Shown here one piece after another: positions 17,566 to 32,935 of a stretch of DNA of 64,000 nt. The position numbers and the translations under genes were made by a program. Each line of letters begins with the position of its first letter. Within the stretch, counting starts at the first letter, position 1. The DNA is from an uncultured delta proteobacterium (GTDB taxonomy: Bacteria; Myxococcota_A; Polyangia; Palsa-1104): NCBI GenBank assembly GCA_963785725.1, contig CAWAWS010000039.1, positions 544,001 to 608,000 of the forward strand, written 5' to 3'. The notes beneath the pieces were generated by a model. The model was not told the origin of the DNA, searched no databases, and saw only the letters and a list, made by a program, of their open reading frames with translations.

Positions 17566-20292
17566 GTGACCCGAAGCCAGCTGTGTGTCCTCGCGTTGCC
17601 GCTGTTGACGCTGACGGCCTGCAAGTCGGAGTCGATTCCGCAGCCGCCGCCGGCTGCGCCCGCCGAGCCGGCGCCGACGCTGCGACTGCCGAGCGACGTG
17701 CGGCCGACGGGCTATCAGCTGGCGCTCGATCTCGACCCCAAGCAGCCGCGCTTCTCGGGCCATGTGACGATCGCCGTGCAGCTCGACTCGGCGCGGCAGC
17801 AGATCTGGCTGCACGGACGCGGACTGCACGTGACGTCGACGACGGTGCAACCGATCAAAGGCACGCCCATGACGGCGACGTGGGAGGAGCTGCCGACGGA
17901 CGGCTTCGCGCGCATCGGGCTGCCGAAGCCGGTGGGGCCGGGGCCGATCATGATCGACATCGCTTACGACGCGCCCTTCAACGAGCGGCTCGTCGGCATC
18001 TACAAGACGCCGGAAGCGGGGATCGATTACGTCTACTCGCAGTTCGAGGCCATCGACGCGCGCTTCGGCTTTCCCTGCTTCGATGAGCCGCTGTTCAAGA
18101 CGCCGTTCGACGTGACGTTGACGGTGCCGGCGGACGACGTGGCGATCTCCAATACGCAGCAGCTCAGCGAGGAGAAGATCGACGGCGGCAAGAAGCGCGT
18201 GAAGTTCGCGCAGACCAAGCCGCTGCCGACGTATCTGTTGGCGTTCGCCGTCGGGCCGTTCGACGTCGTCGAGCACGCGCCGCTGCCGCCGAACGACGTG
18301 CGCAAGCGGCCGCTGCCGTTCCGCGGCATCACGCCGAAGGGTCGCGGCCCCGAGGTCAAGGTCGCGCTCGACGCGGCCGCCGGTCTGCTCGTCGAAGAAG
18401 AGCGCTATTTCGGCATCGAGTATCCGTACGACAAGCTCGATCACATCGCGGTGCCGGATTTTGCCTACGGCGCGATGGAGAACGCGGGCGCCATCACCTA
18501 TCGCGAAGACGATCTGCTTTATACCGAGGGCAAATCGCCGTTCACGATGCGGCACGAGATCTACAACACGATGGCGCACGAGATGGCGCATCAGTGGTTC
18601 GGCGATCTCGTGACCTTGCGCTGGTGGACCGACGCCTGGCTGAACGAGTCGTTCGCGACCTGGATGGCGGCGCGCACCGTCGACGCCTGGAGCCCCAAAG
18701 AGCGCGAGCGCGTCAACGTTCAGCGCGCGGCCGATTGGGCGATGCACACCGACGCGCTGGCGGCGGCACGCGCGATTCGCCAGCCGGTCAACGCCACGGC
18801 CGACATTTGGAATCAGTTCGACGGCCTGACGTATCAAAAGGGCGCCGCCGTGCTCGGCATGATCGAGAGCTGGATGGGCGAGGACAAGTTCCGCACCGGC
18901 GTCAGCGACTATCTGAAGGCGCACGCGTTCGGCGGCGGCGACACCGACGCGCTCTTGAAGTCGTATTCGACGGCGGCGGGGCGCGACGTGGCGCCGGCGT
19001 TCAAGTCGTTCATCGAGCAGCCGGGCGTGCCGCTCGTGCAGGCGACGTTGACGTGCGACGCCGGCAAGGCGGCGCTGGCGCTGACGCAGTCGCGCTACGT
19101 GCCGCTCGGCTCGACGCTGCCGGCGGACGGGACGAGCCGCTGGCAGATTCCCGTGTGCGCGCACTATCCGACCGCCAAGGGCGTGCAGCAGAGCTGCACG
19201 CTGCTGACCGAGGCCAAAGGGACGCTGCCGCTCGAGTCGCCGTGCGCGCCGGCGTGGGTCATGCCGAACGCCAATGGCGCCGGCTATTATCGTTGGGCGT
19301 TGGGGCCAGCCGAGCTGGCGGCGCTGACGAAGAATTATGCGCAGCTGGCGCCGCGCGAGCGCTTGTCGTTCCTTTACAACGTGCGCGCCGGCATGGCGAG
19401 CGGCGCCATCCAAGCCGCCGACGGCTTGCGCGCGCTGGCGCCGGCGGCGCGTGACAGCGACAGCTTGGCGGCCGGGCAGCCGATCGGCGCGCTCATCAGC
19501 GCTTACGAAGACGTGGTCGATCCGGCGCTGAAGCCGAAAGTCGCGGCCTACTTCGCGGCGCTCTACAAGCCGGTGCAGGCGCGGCTCGGTTGGACGGCCA
19601 AGCGCGACGAAGACACCGAGACGCGCGAGCTGCGCGGCCACGTCAATTGGGCGCTGGCGATTCGGATCGCCGATCCGACCGTGCGCAAGCAGGCGATCGC
19701 CAAAGGCCATGCGCTCTTCGATGTCGCCAAAGGGACGCTGCATCTCGACGCGGTCGACGGCGATCTGCGCGGGCTCGCGCTGTCGGCGCTCTTGGAAGAC
19801 GGCGGCGCGCCGGTGTTCGACGGCCTCGTGGCGCAGCTCGACAAGACCAACGACACGATGCTGCAGCAACAGATCGTGGGTGCGCTCTTTTCCACGGCGG
19901 ATCCGGCGCTGTTCGAACGCGCGCTGGCGCTGTTGCCGACCGATCACATCCGGCGCGGCTCCAAGATCAACGCCTTCTTCGACAGCATGGGCCGCGCGGA
20001 GAATCGCGCGCACGCGCTGACGTGGCTGCCGGCGCACCTCGACGCCGTCATCGCCGGCATGCCGGAGTCGCAGGCCTCCGAGCTGCCGCACGCGATGTCC
20101 ATGCTCGTCGACCCGGCGCAGGCGACGGCGGTCAAGGCGCTGTTCGAGCCGCGCGAAAAGAAAGTGGCCGGCTTGACGCGCAATCTCGATCAGACGCTGG
20201 AGTCGATCGCGCTCAACGCCGCGTATGTCGCCAAGCAGCGCGCCAGCACGAACGCGTTCTTCAGCGCGCCGCCGAGCGAGCGCGCGCCGTAA
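17566..20292 (+). CDS. pepN: M1 family aminopeptidase, lipoprotein
   Basis: ARFGFPCFDEP, GAMEN, HEMAH-x18-E (WLNES), YQKG. Lipobox LTAC, AGGAGG RBS. Confidence 0.92.
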   Translation: MTRSQLCVLALPLLTLTACKSESIPQPPPAAPAEPAPTLRLPSDVRPTGYQLALDLDPKQPRFSGHVTIAVQLDSARQQIWLHGRGLHVTSTTVQPIKGTPMTATWEELPTDGFARIGLPKPVGPGPIMIDIAYDAPFNERLVGIYKTPEAGIDYVYSQFEAIDARFGFPCFDEPLFKTPFDVTLTVPADDVAISNTQQLSEEKIDGGKKRVKFAQTKPLPTYLLAFAVGPFDVVEHAPLPPNDVRKRPLPFRGITPKGRGPEVKVALDAAAGLLVEEERYFGIEYPYDKLDHIAVPDFAYGAMENAGAITYREDDLLYTEGKSPFTMRHEIYNTMAHEMAHQWFGDLVTLRWWTDAWLNESFATWMAARTVDAWSPKERERVNVQRAADWAMHTDALAAARAIRQPVNATADIWNQFDGLTYQKGAAVLGMIESWMGEDKFRTGVSDYLKAHAFGGGDTDALLKSYSTAAGRDVAPAFKSFIEQPGVPLVQATLTCDAGKAALALTQSRYVPLGSTLPADGTSRWQIPVCAHYPTAKGVQQSCTLLTEAKGTLPLESPCAPAWVMPNANGAGYYRWALGPAELAALTKNYAQLAPRERLSFLYNVRAGMASGAIQAADGLRALAPAARDSDSLAAGQPIGALISAYEDVVDPALKPKVAAYFAALYKPVQARLGWTAKRDEDTETRELRGHVNWALAIRIADPTVRKQAIAKGHALFDVAKGTLHLDAVDGDLRGLALSALLEDGGAPVFDGLVAQLDKTNDTMLQQQIVGALFSTADPALFERALALLPTDHIRRGSKINAFFDSMGRAENRAHALTWLPAHLDAVIAGMPESQASELPHAMSMLVDPAQATAVKALFEPREKKVAGLTRNLDQTLESIALNAAYVAKQRASTNAFFSAPPSERAP

Positions 20293-20295
20293 TCG

Positions 20296-21577
20296 CTACT
20301 GTCCGTAGGCGATGACCTGCAGCGAATTGGCGACGACGAGGATCGACTCGGCGGCGGCCATGCCCGGCAGCGGCTGCACCTCGGCGAGCTGATCGGGATC
20401 GGCGAACGGTGCGCCCGTGTTCGTGCTCCACTGCTGCGCGCCGTTCGAGTCGACGGCGAAGAGCATGCCGCTCGTCGAGCCCACGTAGATGTAGCCGTTG
20501 ACGACGAGCGGCGCGGTGATGAGGTTGCCGTCGCCGTTGAAGCTCCAGACCGGCGTGACGCCTTGCGCCTCGGCGAGCAAGCGGCCGTTGCCGGACACCG
20601 GCCGGCTGACGAAATAGGCGACGCCGGCGTCGTCGAAAGCGGGGATGCGATCGCTCGTGAAGCTGCCCGTGGTGCTGCCGTTGGTGGCGTCGAGGACGAG
20701 GTTCTTCGTGCCCGGGCTGCGCAAGTAGACGTGGCCGTCGTTGTCGAAGGCGCCGGTGAGACTGCCCGAGCCGTCGCAGTTGGGGTTGGCGTGCCACAAG
20801 ACGCTGCCGTCGAACGGCTGCAACGCCCACGCCTGCCCGCACGAGAGCGGCAGGAACACCGCGGCGGCGGTGACGATGGGCGAGCTGCCGCCGCCGGCGA
20901 GCAGCGACTGCGTCCAGCGCACGCTGCCGGTAGCGCCGTCGAAGGCGACCATCTGGTTGCCGGCGGTGACGTAGACGATGCCGTTGACCGCGGTCGGCGG
21001 CGAAGGATCGGCGCCCACGCTCGTGCTCCACAGATTCTCGCCGTTGTTCTCGTCGAAGGCGGCGATGTTGCCGGCGGAGTTGGTGATGAAGACGCGGCCG
21101 CCGTCGTAGGCGAGGGCGGCGGCGCCGCTCGGGCCGACCGCGTGCATGGCCCACTCGGCGGCGCCGCTGAGCTTCTCGAGCGCCATCAAGTAGTCGGTGC
21201 CGCCGCTGGAGACGATGTAGAAGACGCGGCCGTTGGCGATGAGCGGATAGGAGACGGGGCCGGACGGCTGCGTCATCCACAAGAGGCGGAGCGGCGGCAC
21301 CAGCGTTCCCGCCTGCGCGCCGCGATGCATGGGGTCGACTTGGTAAGCGACGGCGTCGCCCGACCACGGCGGCGCCGGCGCGCCGATGGGGCCGAGATCG
21401 GCGGGCGCCGCCAGAATCGGTCGCGCCGTCGCCTACGCCTTCATCGACGGCCGGGCGCGCGAGATCGGCGGGCGCGCCCGCGTCCGGTCGCGGCGCGCCG
21501 GGGACGATGGACAGCGGCCGATCGGTGCAACCGCTGGCCAGCCCGCAGACGATGAAAGCCAAGCCGAGTGACTTCAT
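20296..21577 (-). CDS. PQQ-like beta-propeller lipoprotein, interrupted by one extra base near 21415
   Basis: Lipoprotein N-terminus MKSLGLAFIVCGLASGC in one frame and propeller repeats (AFDENNGENLWS, AFDGATGSVRWT) in another. Span is 3n+1. Confidence 0.8.
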
Positions 21578-21777
21578 GGCGCCATCGTGTCCGAGGCGAC
21601 GGCAAGTGCAACAAAGAGCGGGCTCGCGTCGATCCACTACGGGGTTCGATCGTCTCCAAATGGGGACGTAAACCCTCAGTTTCCAACGTCAACCGCCAGG
21701 TTCCGATCGGTGCGCGCGGCCCCGATCGACGGCGTGCGAACGGGTCGATTTCACAGGGTAAGCGGGTGTGCGCTGGT

Positions 21778-21793
21778 TGGCGCCGGAATTGCG
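21778..21793 (+). promoter_or_regulatory. sigma-54 promoter
   Basis: TGGCGCCGGAATTGCG, GG-N10-GC. Confidence 0.7.
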
Positions 21794-21806
21794 ATGAGTT
21801 GTGGGC

Positions 21807-22058
21807 ATGTCGATGCGTACGATCCTGCAGATCCTCCTGACCGCGAGCGTGATCGTTCACTTCAGCGGCGTCATCGCCTTCGGTTTCGTCGAGCTCAAGC
21901 AGCGTTGGCGCCGGCTCACCAGCGCCGACGTCGACGGCTCGAGCGACGACGATCTGGTCATCGAGCCCGAGGATGAGCTGGCGGTCGCGCGCCGCCGCCG
22001 CACGCCGACGCCGAGCGGCGTCGGGCTTCTGACCGCGCGCGCCGACTCGCGCCGCTAG
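21807..22058 (+). CDS. small single-TM hypothetical protein
   Basis: N-terminal hydrophobic helix and acidic tail, directly downstream of a sigma-54 promoter. Confidence 0.6.
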   Translation: MSMRTILQILLTASVIVHFSGVIAFGFVELKQRWRRLTSADVDGSSDDDLVIEPEDELAVARRRRTPTPSGVGLLTARADSRR

Positions 22059-22193
22059 TACCGTTCCCGCGCACGCGACGCCTCACCCCGTGCCGTCGCC
22101 AGAAGCGCGACCGCCGTGGAGTCTCGGTCAGCGCATCGCGTTCCGCTTCACGTTCGTTTACTTCGCGCTCTACAGCTTTCCTTATCCAGCCCT

Positions 22194-26243
<4,050 letters not shown>

Positions 26244-26394
26244 GGCGTGCCCTTTCCTGTGTCGCCAGTGCCGGTTCTGGTGACGACCGTTTCCGGTTTC
26301 CACTGGTGGTGCGGTTGCTGGTCGATTTAGCAGCGGTCGTGCCACGCGTCGCCCGAAGGGCGGCCGCTCGATCTCCCGCCGATCGCGCGGCGGT

Positions 26395-26431
26395 TGGGAA
26401 AGCCGATTCCAAAAGTGGGAAGGCCGATTCC
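26395..26431. promoter_or_regulatory. tandem 16-bp direct repeat, probable regulator binding site
   Basis: TGGGAAAGCCGATTCC and TGGGAAGGCCGATTCC, 21 bp apart. Confidence 0.55.
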
Positions 26432-26555
26432 TCACGGCAGAACTTGCACAGCCTTCGCACGCCGTCGCCGGCGCGATGCCGCGCTGCGGCAGTGCCGGCG
26501 GCTTGACGGACGCGCCGGCGCCGGCAACGATGTTCGTCCGAAAGGAGCGTGTCCC

Positions 26556-29255
26556 GTGCACCTCCGCAAGCCGCGCTTTTCCCCGCCGCCGGGCCGCGCC
26601 GGGCAGGTCCGTCGCGAGGCGATCTTGGAGCGGCTGTGCGCGCGCGAGGCGCCGCGGATCGTGCTCTTGCAAGGGCCGGCCGGGCACGGCAAGTCGACGA
26701 CGCTGCAGCAGCTGGCGCGCGCGTCGAGCGACGGCGGCGCCCGCGTCGGCTGGCTGACGCTGAGCGACTCCGACAACGACGCGCGCCGCTTCTTCGGCCA
26801 TCTGCAGGGTCTGCTGGCCGCGCTCGCCGTCGACGCCACGCGCGCCGCCGACGCGGCGGTCGACGACGCGCCCGGCACGCCCGATTCCGGCGGCTGCGAT
26901 TGGCTCGTCGACGCGCTCGCCGCCGCCGAGTCGCCGCTGGTGCTGGTGTTCGACGACTTTCAGGCGCTCGACAACCCCGGCATCCTCTCGTTCTTTCGCC
27001 ACTTGCTCGCGGAGTTGCCGGGCAACGCGCGCGTGCTCATCGGCTCGCGCAACACGCCCGACGTCGGCTTCTCGCGCCTCGTCGTCAACGGCGCGGCCGC
27101 GCTCATGCACGCCGCCGAGCTACGCTTCTCGCGCGCCGAAGTGGCCTCGTTCTTCGCGTCGGCCGCCGAGGTCGAGGTCAGCGGCGACGAGCTGGAGAAC
27201 ATCTACCGGCGCTCGGAAGGTTGGCCGGCGGCGCTGCAGCTGTTCCGCCTGACGCTGGCCAGCCCGCAGGTGCGCCGCTCGCTCGGCAGCGCCGACAGCT
27301 ACACGCCGCGCGAGCTGTCGGAATATCTCGCCGAGAACGTGCTCGGGCTGCAGCCGCCCGACGTGCAAGACTTCCTCTTGCGCACGTCGGTGCTGACGCG
27401 GCTGTGCGCGCCCTTGTGCGAGAGCGTGACCGGCCGCGCGGACGCGCACGAGCTGCTCTTACAGCTGGAGCGTTCGGGGCTGTTCTTGACGAGCCTCGAG
27501 TCGGAGTCGCACTGGTTTCAGTATCACGCGCTGTTCTCGTCGTTCTTGGTCGAGCAGCTGCGGACGCGCTCGCCCGAGCTGTTCGTCGACGCGCATCGGC
27601 GCGCGGCGCAGTGGCATCGGCAGCAGCCGGAGTCAGGCGAGCCGGAAGAGATCGTGCGCCACGCCATCGCGTCCGGCGACATGACGCTGGCCGCCGACAC
27701 CTTCAACCGCTGGGCCTCGAGCTTGGTGGCGCTCGGGCAGATCGTCACCGTCGAGCGCTGGTACGATCGACTGCCCTTCGACGAGATCGCGCGCCGGCCC
27801 GATCTGGCGATCAAGGCCGGCTACGCGCTGGCCTTCTTGCGGCGACGGGCGAAGCTACCGGCGCTGCTCGATCGCTTGAGCCAGCTGAGCGGCGGCGACG
27901 TGGCCACGACCCGCGATCCCAAAGTGCTGCTGTCGATGGCGGCGATCTGCGCCGATGACGTCGAGCAGGCGTTCGCCGTCGTCGAGCGCGTCGACTTGCA
28001 TGACGACAGCATCGGCGGCTTCGCGGCGTTCGAGCTGGCGGCGGCGTCGAACCTGTTGGGGCTGAAGGCGATCGCGATGGGCGACCTCGAGAAGGCGCGC
28101 GCGCATTTGGCGCGTGCGCGCGCGCACAACGAGCTCGGCGGCGCGACCTGGAGCCGCGGCTGGACCGAAGGCCTGTTCGGCGTGCTGCATCTGTCGGCGG
28201 GCGATCTGCGGCCGGCGTTGAGCCGCTTCGCCGCGGCCTTGGCCGAAGAGCGCATGCACGTCGACGCCTCGTTTGCCGTGGCGGCGCTCGCTTCCTGTTA
28301 CGTCTGGGCGCTCTACGAAGCCGACGAGCTGGACGCGGCCGAGGCCATCTTCACGCGCTATCGTGAGCTCATCGCGCAATCGACGATCGTCGACTTCTTC
28401 GCGGTGGCGCACGTGGCGATGGCGCGCGTGCATCAGGCGCGCGGCCAGACGGCGCGCGCCGTCGAGCTGCTGGAAGCGGCGGAGGCGATCGGCGACGCCA
28501 ACGGCTGGGCGCGCCTTACGCGGCTCGTCGGCTGGGAGCGCGCGCGGCGGGCGTTGGCGGAGGGCGACGTCGCGCGGGCCAAGGCGATCGCGCCGCGGCC
28601 ATCGTCGGCGCCGCTGCCGTCGTGGACGCTGTTCGCCGACGATCTCGAGGGCGAGTCGCTGGGGCGGATTCGGCTGGCGATTCGCGGCGGCGAGCTGCTC
28701 GAGGCCGAGGCGCGGCTCAAGCGCGAGCTCGGGCGGCAGCCGGCGCGCGTCGTGCGGCGCATGAAGCTGCTCTTGTTGTCGGCGCAGCTGCAGCGCGCCA
28801 AAGGCTCACGCACGGGCACGCAGCGCGCGCTCAGGCAGGCGCTGCAGCTGGGCGCGCCCGGCGGCTTCGTGCGCGGCTTTCTCGACGAGGGCGAGTCGCT
28901 GGTCGAGCTGGCCGACGAGCTCGGGCCGGCTGACGGCGGCGGTCACGTCGCCGCGTCGCGGGCGTTCGTGGGGCGCATCGTCGGCGCGGCCGCGGCGGCG
29001 CCAGCCCACGCGAGCAGCGCCAACGCGGCGACCGCGACCGCGGCGACGGCCGCGGCCAACGAGCCGCTGACCGATCGCGAGCGCGAGGTGCTGTCGCTCT
29101 TGGCCGAGGGCGTGTCCAACCGCGACATCGGCGGCGCCATCTTCATCTCGGAAAATACGGTCAAGTATCACTTGAAGAACATCTATTCGAAGCTGGCGGT
29201 GACGGGGCGCGTGCAGGCGATCGAGGCGGCGCGGCGCATGGGCGTCATCGCATGA
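26556..29255 (+). CDS. MalT/AlkS-like large ATP-binding LuxR regulator
   Basis: [29 protein letters not shown]-terminal LTDREREVL...[24 protein letters not shown]. Confidence 0.92.
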   Translation: MHLRKPRFSPPPGRAGQVRREAILERLCAREAPRIVLLQGPAGHGKSTTLQQLARASSDGGARVGWLTLSDSDNDARRFFGHLQGLLAALAVDATRAADAAVDDAPGTPDSGGCDWLVDALAAAESPLVLVFDDFQALDNPGILSFFRHLLAELPGNARVLIGSRNTPDVGFSRLVVNGAAALMHAAELRFSRAEVASFFASAAEVEVSGDELENIYRRSEGWPAALQLFRLTLASPQVRRSLGSADSYTPRELSEYLAENVLGLQPPDVQDFLLRTSVLTRLCAPLCESVTGRADAHELLLQLERSGLFLTSLESESHWFQYHALFSSFLVEQLRTRSPELFVDAHRRAAQWHRQQPESGEPEEIVRHAIASGDMTLAADTFNRWASSLVALGQIVTVERWYDRLPFDEIARRPDLAIKAGYALAFLRRRAKLPALLDRLSQLSGGDVATTRDPKVLLSMAAICADDVEQAFAVVERVDLHDDSIGGFAAFELAAASNLLGLKAIAMGDLEKARAHLARARAHNELGGATWSRGWTEGLFGVLHLSAGDLRPALSRFAAALAEERMHVDASFAVAALASCYVWALYEADELDAAEAIFTRYRELIAQSTIVDFFAVAHVAMARVHQARGQTARAVELLEAAEAIGDANGWARLTRLVGWERARRALAEGDVARAKAIAPRPSSAPLPSWTLFADDLEGESLGRIRLAIRGGELLEAEARLKRELGRQPARVVRRMKLLLLSAQLQRAKGSRTGTQRALRQALQLGAPGGFVRGFLDEGESLVELADELGPADGGGHVAASRAFVGRIVGAAAAAPAHASSANAATATAATAAANEPLTDREREVLSLLAEGVSNRDIGGAIFISENTVKYHLKNIYSKLAVTGRVQAIEAARRMGVIA

Positions 29256-29325
29256 AGACGCCTCCGTATCGCGCGGCCTCATTCGCCGTCCTTTCGCGCG
29301 CGGCGGCGACGTATATACTGCGCCG

Positions 29326-30000
29326 GTGAAGCTCGCCCTGTCGTGGATGCTGCTGGTCGCTTGCTCGTCGGCAGCACACGCCGATCGCCTGGAGACGCAC
29401 GGCTTCGTCGAGGCGGCCGCGGGCGTCGAGCTGCCGCAGCTGAGCGCGACCTATCGCAGCTTCGCGTCGCCGACGTTCAAGCCGTCGGTGCGCGGCGGCG
29501 TCGAGCTGTGGCTCATTCACGCGGTCGGCTTCGCGCCCGAGGCGCAGCTCGACGTCATCCCCGTCAACGTTCACCAGAACGACCCGATCTTCGTGCGCAA
29601 CGTTCAGACCGGCATGGACACGTACTCGTTGGCGGCGACGTACGGCCGTTATCGCGTGGTCGCCGGCGGCCGCTTCCTCTTCAACCTCGGGCCGGGCGCG
29701 GCGTTCGTGCGCGTCTTGGCCGGCGTCGACGAGCTGAGCGGCAGCGAGAAGCTGACCGCCGTCGGCACGCCCACGCCCGGCGGTCCGCCGACCGGCCAGC
29801 GCTTCAGCTTCGCGTCGACGGCGTTCACCGTGCAAGCCGGCGCCGGCGTCCACTTCGTCTTCGTGCGCCATTTGATGATCGGCATCTCCATCGACGTTCC
29901 CGTCGCCTGGCACAACTTCGGCAAGCCCGATCTCGGCGGCGTACAAAAGTTCACCTCGGTCGACACCGACTTGATGGGCACGCTCGGCTATCGCTTTTAG
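29326..30000 (+). CDS. outer-membrane beta-barrel protein (8-strand type)
   Basis: Signal peptide, alternating beta strands, C-terminal LGYRF. Confidence 0.7.
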   Translation: MKLALSWMLLVACSSAAHADRLETHGFVEAAAGVELPQLSATYRSFASPTFKPSVRGGVELWLIHAVGFAPEAQLDVIPVNVHQNDPIFVRNVQTGMDTYSLAATYGRYRVVAGGRFLFNLGPGAAFVRVLAGVDELSGSEKLTAVGTPTPGGPPTGQRFSFASTAFTVQAGAGVHFVFVRHLMIGISIDVPVAWHNFGKPDLGGVQKFTSVDTDLMGTLGYRF

Positions 30001-30067
30001 CGCGCTCGGCGCTTCGCCGCTGATTTAGCGGCGGCGCCCGAATCATTCGTCGTGTTAACGTAAAGTC

Positions 30068-31105
30068 GTGAACGACCGCGAAGAGCTGCTGGCCGGTAAG
30101 CCTCGGGCGACCGGCAACGAAGCCGAGTCGCCGCAAGGCGTGCCCGAAGTCGATGGCAACAGCGCGGTGGCGCCGCGCGATCGCATGTCGCGCGTGCAGA
30201 ATTCGCGCAATCAGGTCGGCGCCGAGCTGCTGTTTCGCACGTCGGGCGGACGGTTGGGGACGCCGCCGGCCGATCGTCTGGCCGCGCAGCGACAGCAGGC
30301 GACGCAGCACCTGCGCCGTCCGGTGCAGCTGAGCCAGCTGCCGCCCGGCGGCGCCGGCGCCGGCGATGCCAAGCCCGATGACAAGGGCGTGCACGCGGCG
30401 GCGGAAGCGGGCGTCAGCGGTCCGGCGTCGCCGCTGCCGCACGGCGACCGGATCCAACAAGCCTTCGGCAAGCACGACGTCTCGCATATTCAAGCGCACC
30501 TGGGCGGCGAAGCGGACGCGGCCACGCAAGCGATGGGCGCCGAAGCCTACGCGACGGGAAACGAGGTCGCGTTCGGCGGCGGCGAGCCCGGCTTGCATAC
30601 GGCGGCGCACGAAGCCGCGCACGTCGTGCAGCAGCGCGCCGGCGTGCAGATGGCCGGCGGCGTCGGCAAAGAGGGCGACGCGCACGAGAAGCACGCCGAC
30701 GCCGTCGCCGATCGGGTCGTCGCCGGCAAGTCGGCCGAGGATCTGCTCGACGGCGCCGCCAAAGGCGGCACGCCCGGCGCCGCCGTCCAGAAGCAGGCGC
30801 TCGGCGGCCCGGTGCAGATGAAGAACCCGGGCAGCAAAGGCGCCGCGCAAGGGTTGACCAGCGGCGTCGTCAACAAGAAGCCGCCGGCGCTGAAAAAGGG
30901 CGAGCGCGCGGGCGGCTTCCCGTTCGGCAACAAAGAGAAGCGGCTCGACGCGCAAGACAAAGCGGGAAAGCCGATTACGTACACCGAATATGACGTCAAT
31001 GCTTACAACGGCACGAAGCGCGACGCCGAGCGCATCGTCATCGGGTCCGACGGGCGCTGTTGGTATACGGCCGATCATTACGGCAGCTTCACCGAGGTCA
31101 AATGA
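30068..31105 (+). CDS. DUF4157 (eCIS core) domain protein with C-terminal barnase/RNase Sa-like toxin
   Basis: [13 protein letters not shown]...[13 protein letters not shown]...HEKHADAVA, then [12 protein letters not shown]...YTEYDV...RDAERIV...[10 protein letters not shown]. Confidence 0.88.
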   Translation: MNDREELLAGKPRATGNEAESPQGVPEVDGNSAVAPRDRMSRVQNSRNQVGAELLFRTSGGRLGTPPADRLAAQRQQATQHLRRPVQLSQLPPGGAGAGDAKPDDKGVHAAAEAGVSGPASPLPHGDRIQQAFGKHDVSHIQAHLGGEADAATQAMGAEAYATGNEVAFGGGEPGLHTAAHEAAHVVQQRAGVQMAGGVGKEGDAHEKHADAVADRVVAGKSAEDLLDGAAKGGTPGAAVQKQALGGPVQMKNPGSKGAAQGLTSGVVNKKPPALKKGERAGGFPFGNKEKRLDAQDKAGKPITYTEYDVNAYNGTKRDAERIVIGSDGRCWYTADHYGSFTEVK

Positions 31106-31557
31106 GCGACGCTCACTCCATTACGAGCTCTCCCGCGCGCGTATGGCAGACGACGCGCGCCGCCAAGCAGGTGCATGACGAGCTGGTCGCGGCCGGCGTC
31201 GCCATCGTCGCGCGGCTCGACGGCGCCGAGGCGCGCGACAAGGCGCACTTCATGACGAGCATCGCCAAGGCGCTCGCCTTTCCCGACTATTTTGGCGCCA
31301 ATTGGGACGCGTTCGACGAGTGTCTCGACGATCTGCATTGGCAAGACAAAGCGATCGTCCTCGTCATCGATCACGCCGACGACTTGTTGGCCGCTGCGAC
31401 AAACGATCGCGCGCTCTTATTCGAGAGCATTGGGCAGTCATTTGCGCCCAATCCCGACTTACCGAATTCGTCATTCAAGGTCGTGCTCGTCGCGCCTAAA
31501 GACGCGCCGATCGTCGCGCTCGCCGCGCAATCCAGCCCCGTCGCCCATCTATCTTAA
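31102..31557 (+). CDS. barstar-family immunity protein
   Basis: [25 protein letters not shown] overlap with the toxin stop. Confidence 0.9.
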   Translation: MSDAHSITSSPARVWQTTRAAKQVHDELVAAGVAIVARLDGAEARDKAHFMTSIAKALAFPDYFGANWDAFDECLDDLHWQDKAIVLVIDHADDLLAAATNDRALLFESIGQSFAPNPDLPNSSFKVVLVAPKDAPIVALAAQSSPVAHLS

Positions 31558-31670
31558 TAGTCGGCTCGGCAGTCGGCCCACTTAGCCGCGGCTTTACGTG
31601 TGCTTGGACGCGCGCGGACACTTTTTGCGCACATTCTTGACGCGCCGCCCTCGGTAAATCAGCGGCAAAA

Positions 31671-31686
31671 CTACCCACCCGGGTAG
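31671..31686. promoter_or_regulatory. palindromic operator, candidate site for the MalT/AlkS-like regulator
   Basis: CTACCC-ACCC-GGGTAG, 95 nt upstream of the operon start. Confidence 0.6.
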
Positions 31687-31780
31687 GGCCAGGCTTTGCG
31701 GCCACGGCTACATTTCGTCCCGATTTCATTGTTGGGTCACTTCGATTGCGGCGGAACACAGCCAGAGAAGGGGACGAAAC

Positions 31781-32935
31781 ATGGCCAAGAAACCAGTCGT
31801 TCTTTATGGAGCCAGCGGCTACACGGGACGCCTGATCGCGGAGTATCTGCGCGAATTGGGCATTCCATTCATCGCCGCCGGTCGTGACGCCAAGCGCGTC
31901 AAAGAGACCATGGATCGCGTACCCGGGCTCGATCCGGCGACCTTCGACATCATCGAGGTCAAGCACTCGGTCGACGCGCTGACCGAGCTCTTCAAAGGCG
32001 CCAAAGTCGTCTGCAATACCGTCGGTCCCTTCGCCACCTTCGGCAGCGAGGTCGTCGAGGCCTGTTTGAAAGCGGGCGTGCATTATCTCGACACCACCGG
32101 CGAGCAGAACTGGATCAAGGTCTGCGACGAGGAATATGGCCATAAGTTCGCCGATAAGCGGCTCGTGCTCGCGCCCTGCGTGGCGCAGATGTTCACGACG
32201 GGCGAGATCGCGGCGCAGATCTGTCTCGAGACGCCGGGCGTCGACACGCTCGACACGCTGGTCTTGTGGAAAGGGTTTCCCACTTACGCGTCGACGCAAT
32301 CGATCTTTACCATCTTGATGGCGGACCATCTTTATCTCGAGCACAAGCAGTACGTGAAGTGGCCGACGGCGACCGCTTATGAAGTGACGGTGCCGGGACA
32401 ACATCAGACGGCGCTGGCGCTCAGCTGGGGCGGGACGTCGCACCCGATTACGTTCAAGCGCGATCCGCGCGTCGCCACCGTCAAGTCGCTGGGCGGCGTG
32501 TTCGACCGGACGCTGATGACGGGCGTGGTGCAGATCGCGCAGATGGTGGAAGAGAAGATCAAGCCGTTGCCGCCGCAGCAGCAGGTCAAGGCGCTGTCGG
32601 ACGCGGCGGCGAGCGTGCAAGCGGGAATGCCGCCGCGCGAGAGCCACCGCGTCAATACGTCGCTCGATTCGGTGTGGGCGTCGGGGCCGCTCGGCAAAGT
32701 GCACTGCGCGATTTATGGCGCGTGCAACTATAAGCAGACCGGCCTCTTGCAGGCGCACGCCGCCTATCACCTCATTCACGGACAGCCGAAGACGGTTGGG
32801 TTCGCGTCGGGCTGTCAGGCGTTCGGACATCGCGAGCTGCTCGGCGCCTTGCAGAGCTTCGGGCTCGTCGGACAGCCGGTCGTCACCAGCAATTTACCGT
32901 CGGCGCACAATCGGGGGATGAGCCATGGCCGCTGA
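31781..32935 (+). CDS. saccharopine dehydrogenase-like NAD(P)-binding protein
   Basis: YGASGYTG, AGR, NTVGPF, HYLDTTGE. Confidence 0.85.
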   Translation: MAKKPVVLYGASGYTGRLIAEYLRELGIPFIAAGRDAKRVKETMDRVPGLDPATFDIIEVKHSVDALTELFKGAKVVCNTVGPFATFGSEVVEACLKAGVHYLDTTGEQNWIKVCDEEYGHKFADKRLVLAPCVAQMFTTGEIAAQICLETPGVDTLDTLVLWKGFPTYASTQSIFTILMADHLYLEHKQYVKWPTATAYEVTVPGQHQTALALSWGGTSHPITFKRDPRVATVKSLGGVFDRTLMTGVVQIAQMVEEKIKPLPPQQQVKALSDAAASVQAGMPPRESHRVNTSLDSVWASGPLGKVHCAIYGACNYKQTGLLQAHAAYHLIHGQPKTVGFASGCQAFGHRELLGALQSFGLVGQPVVTSNLPSAHNRGMSHGR

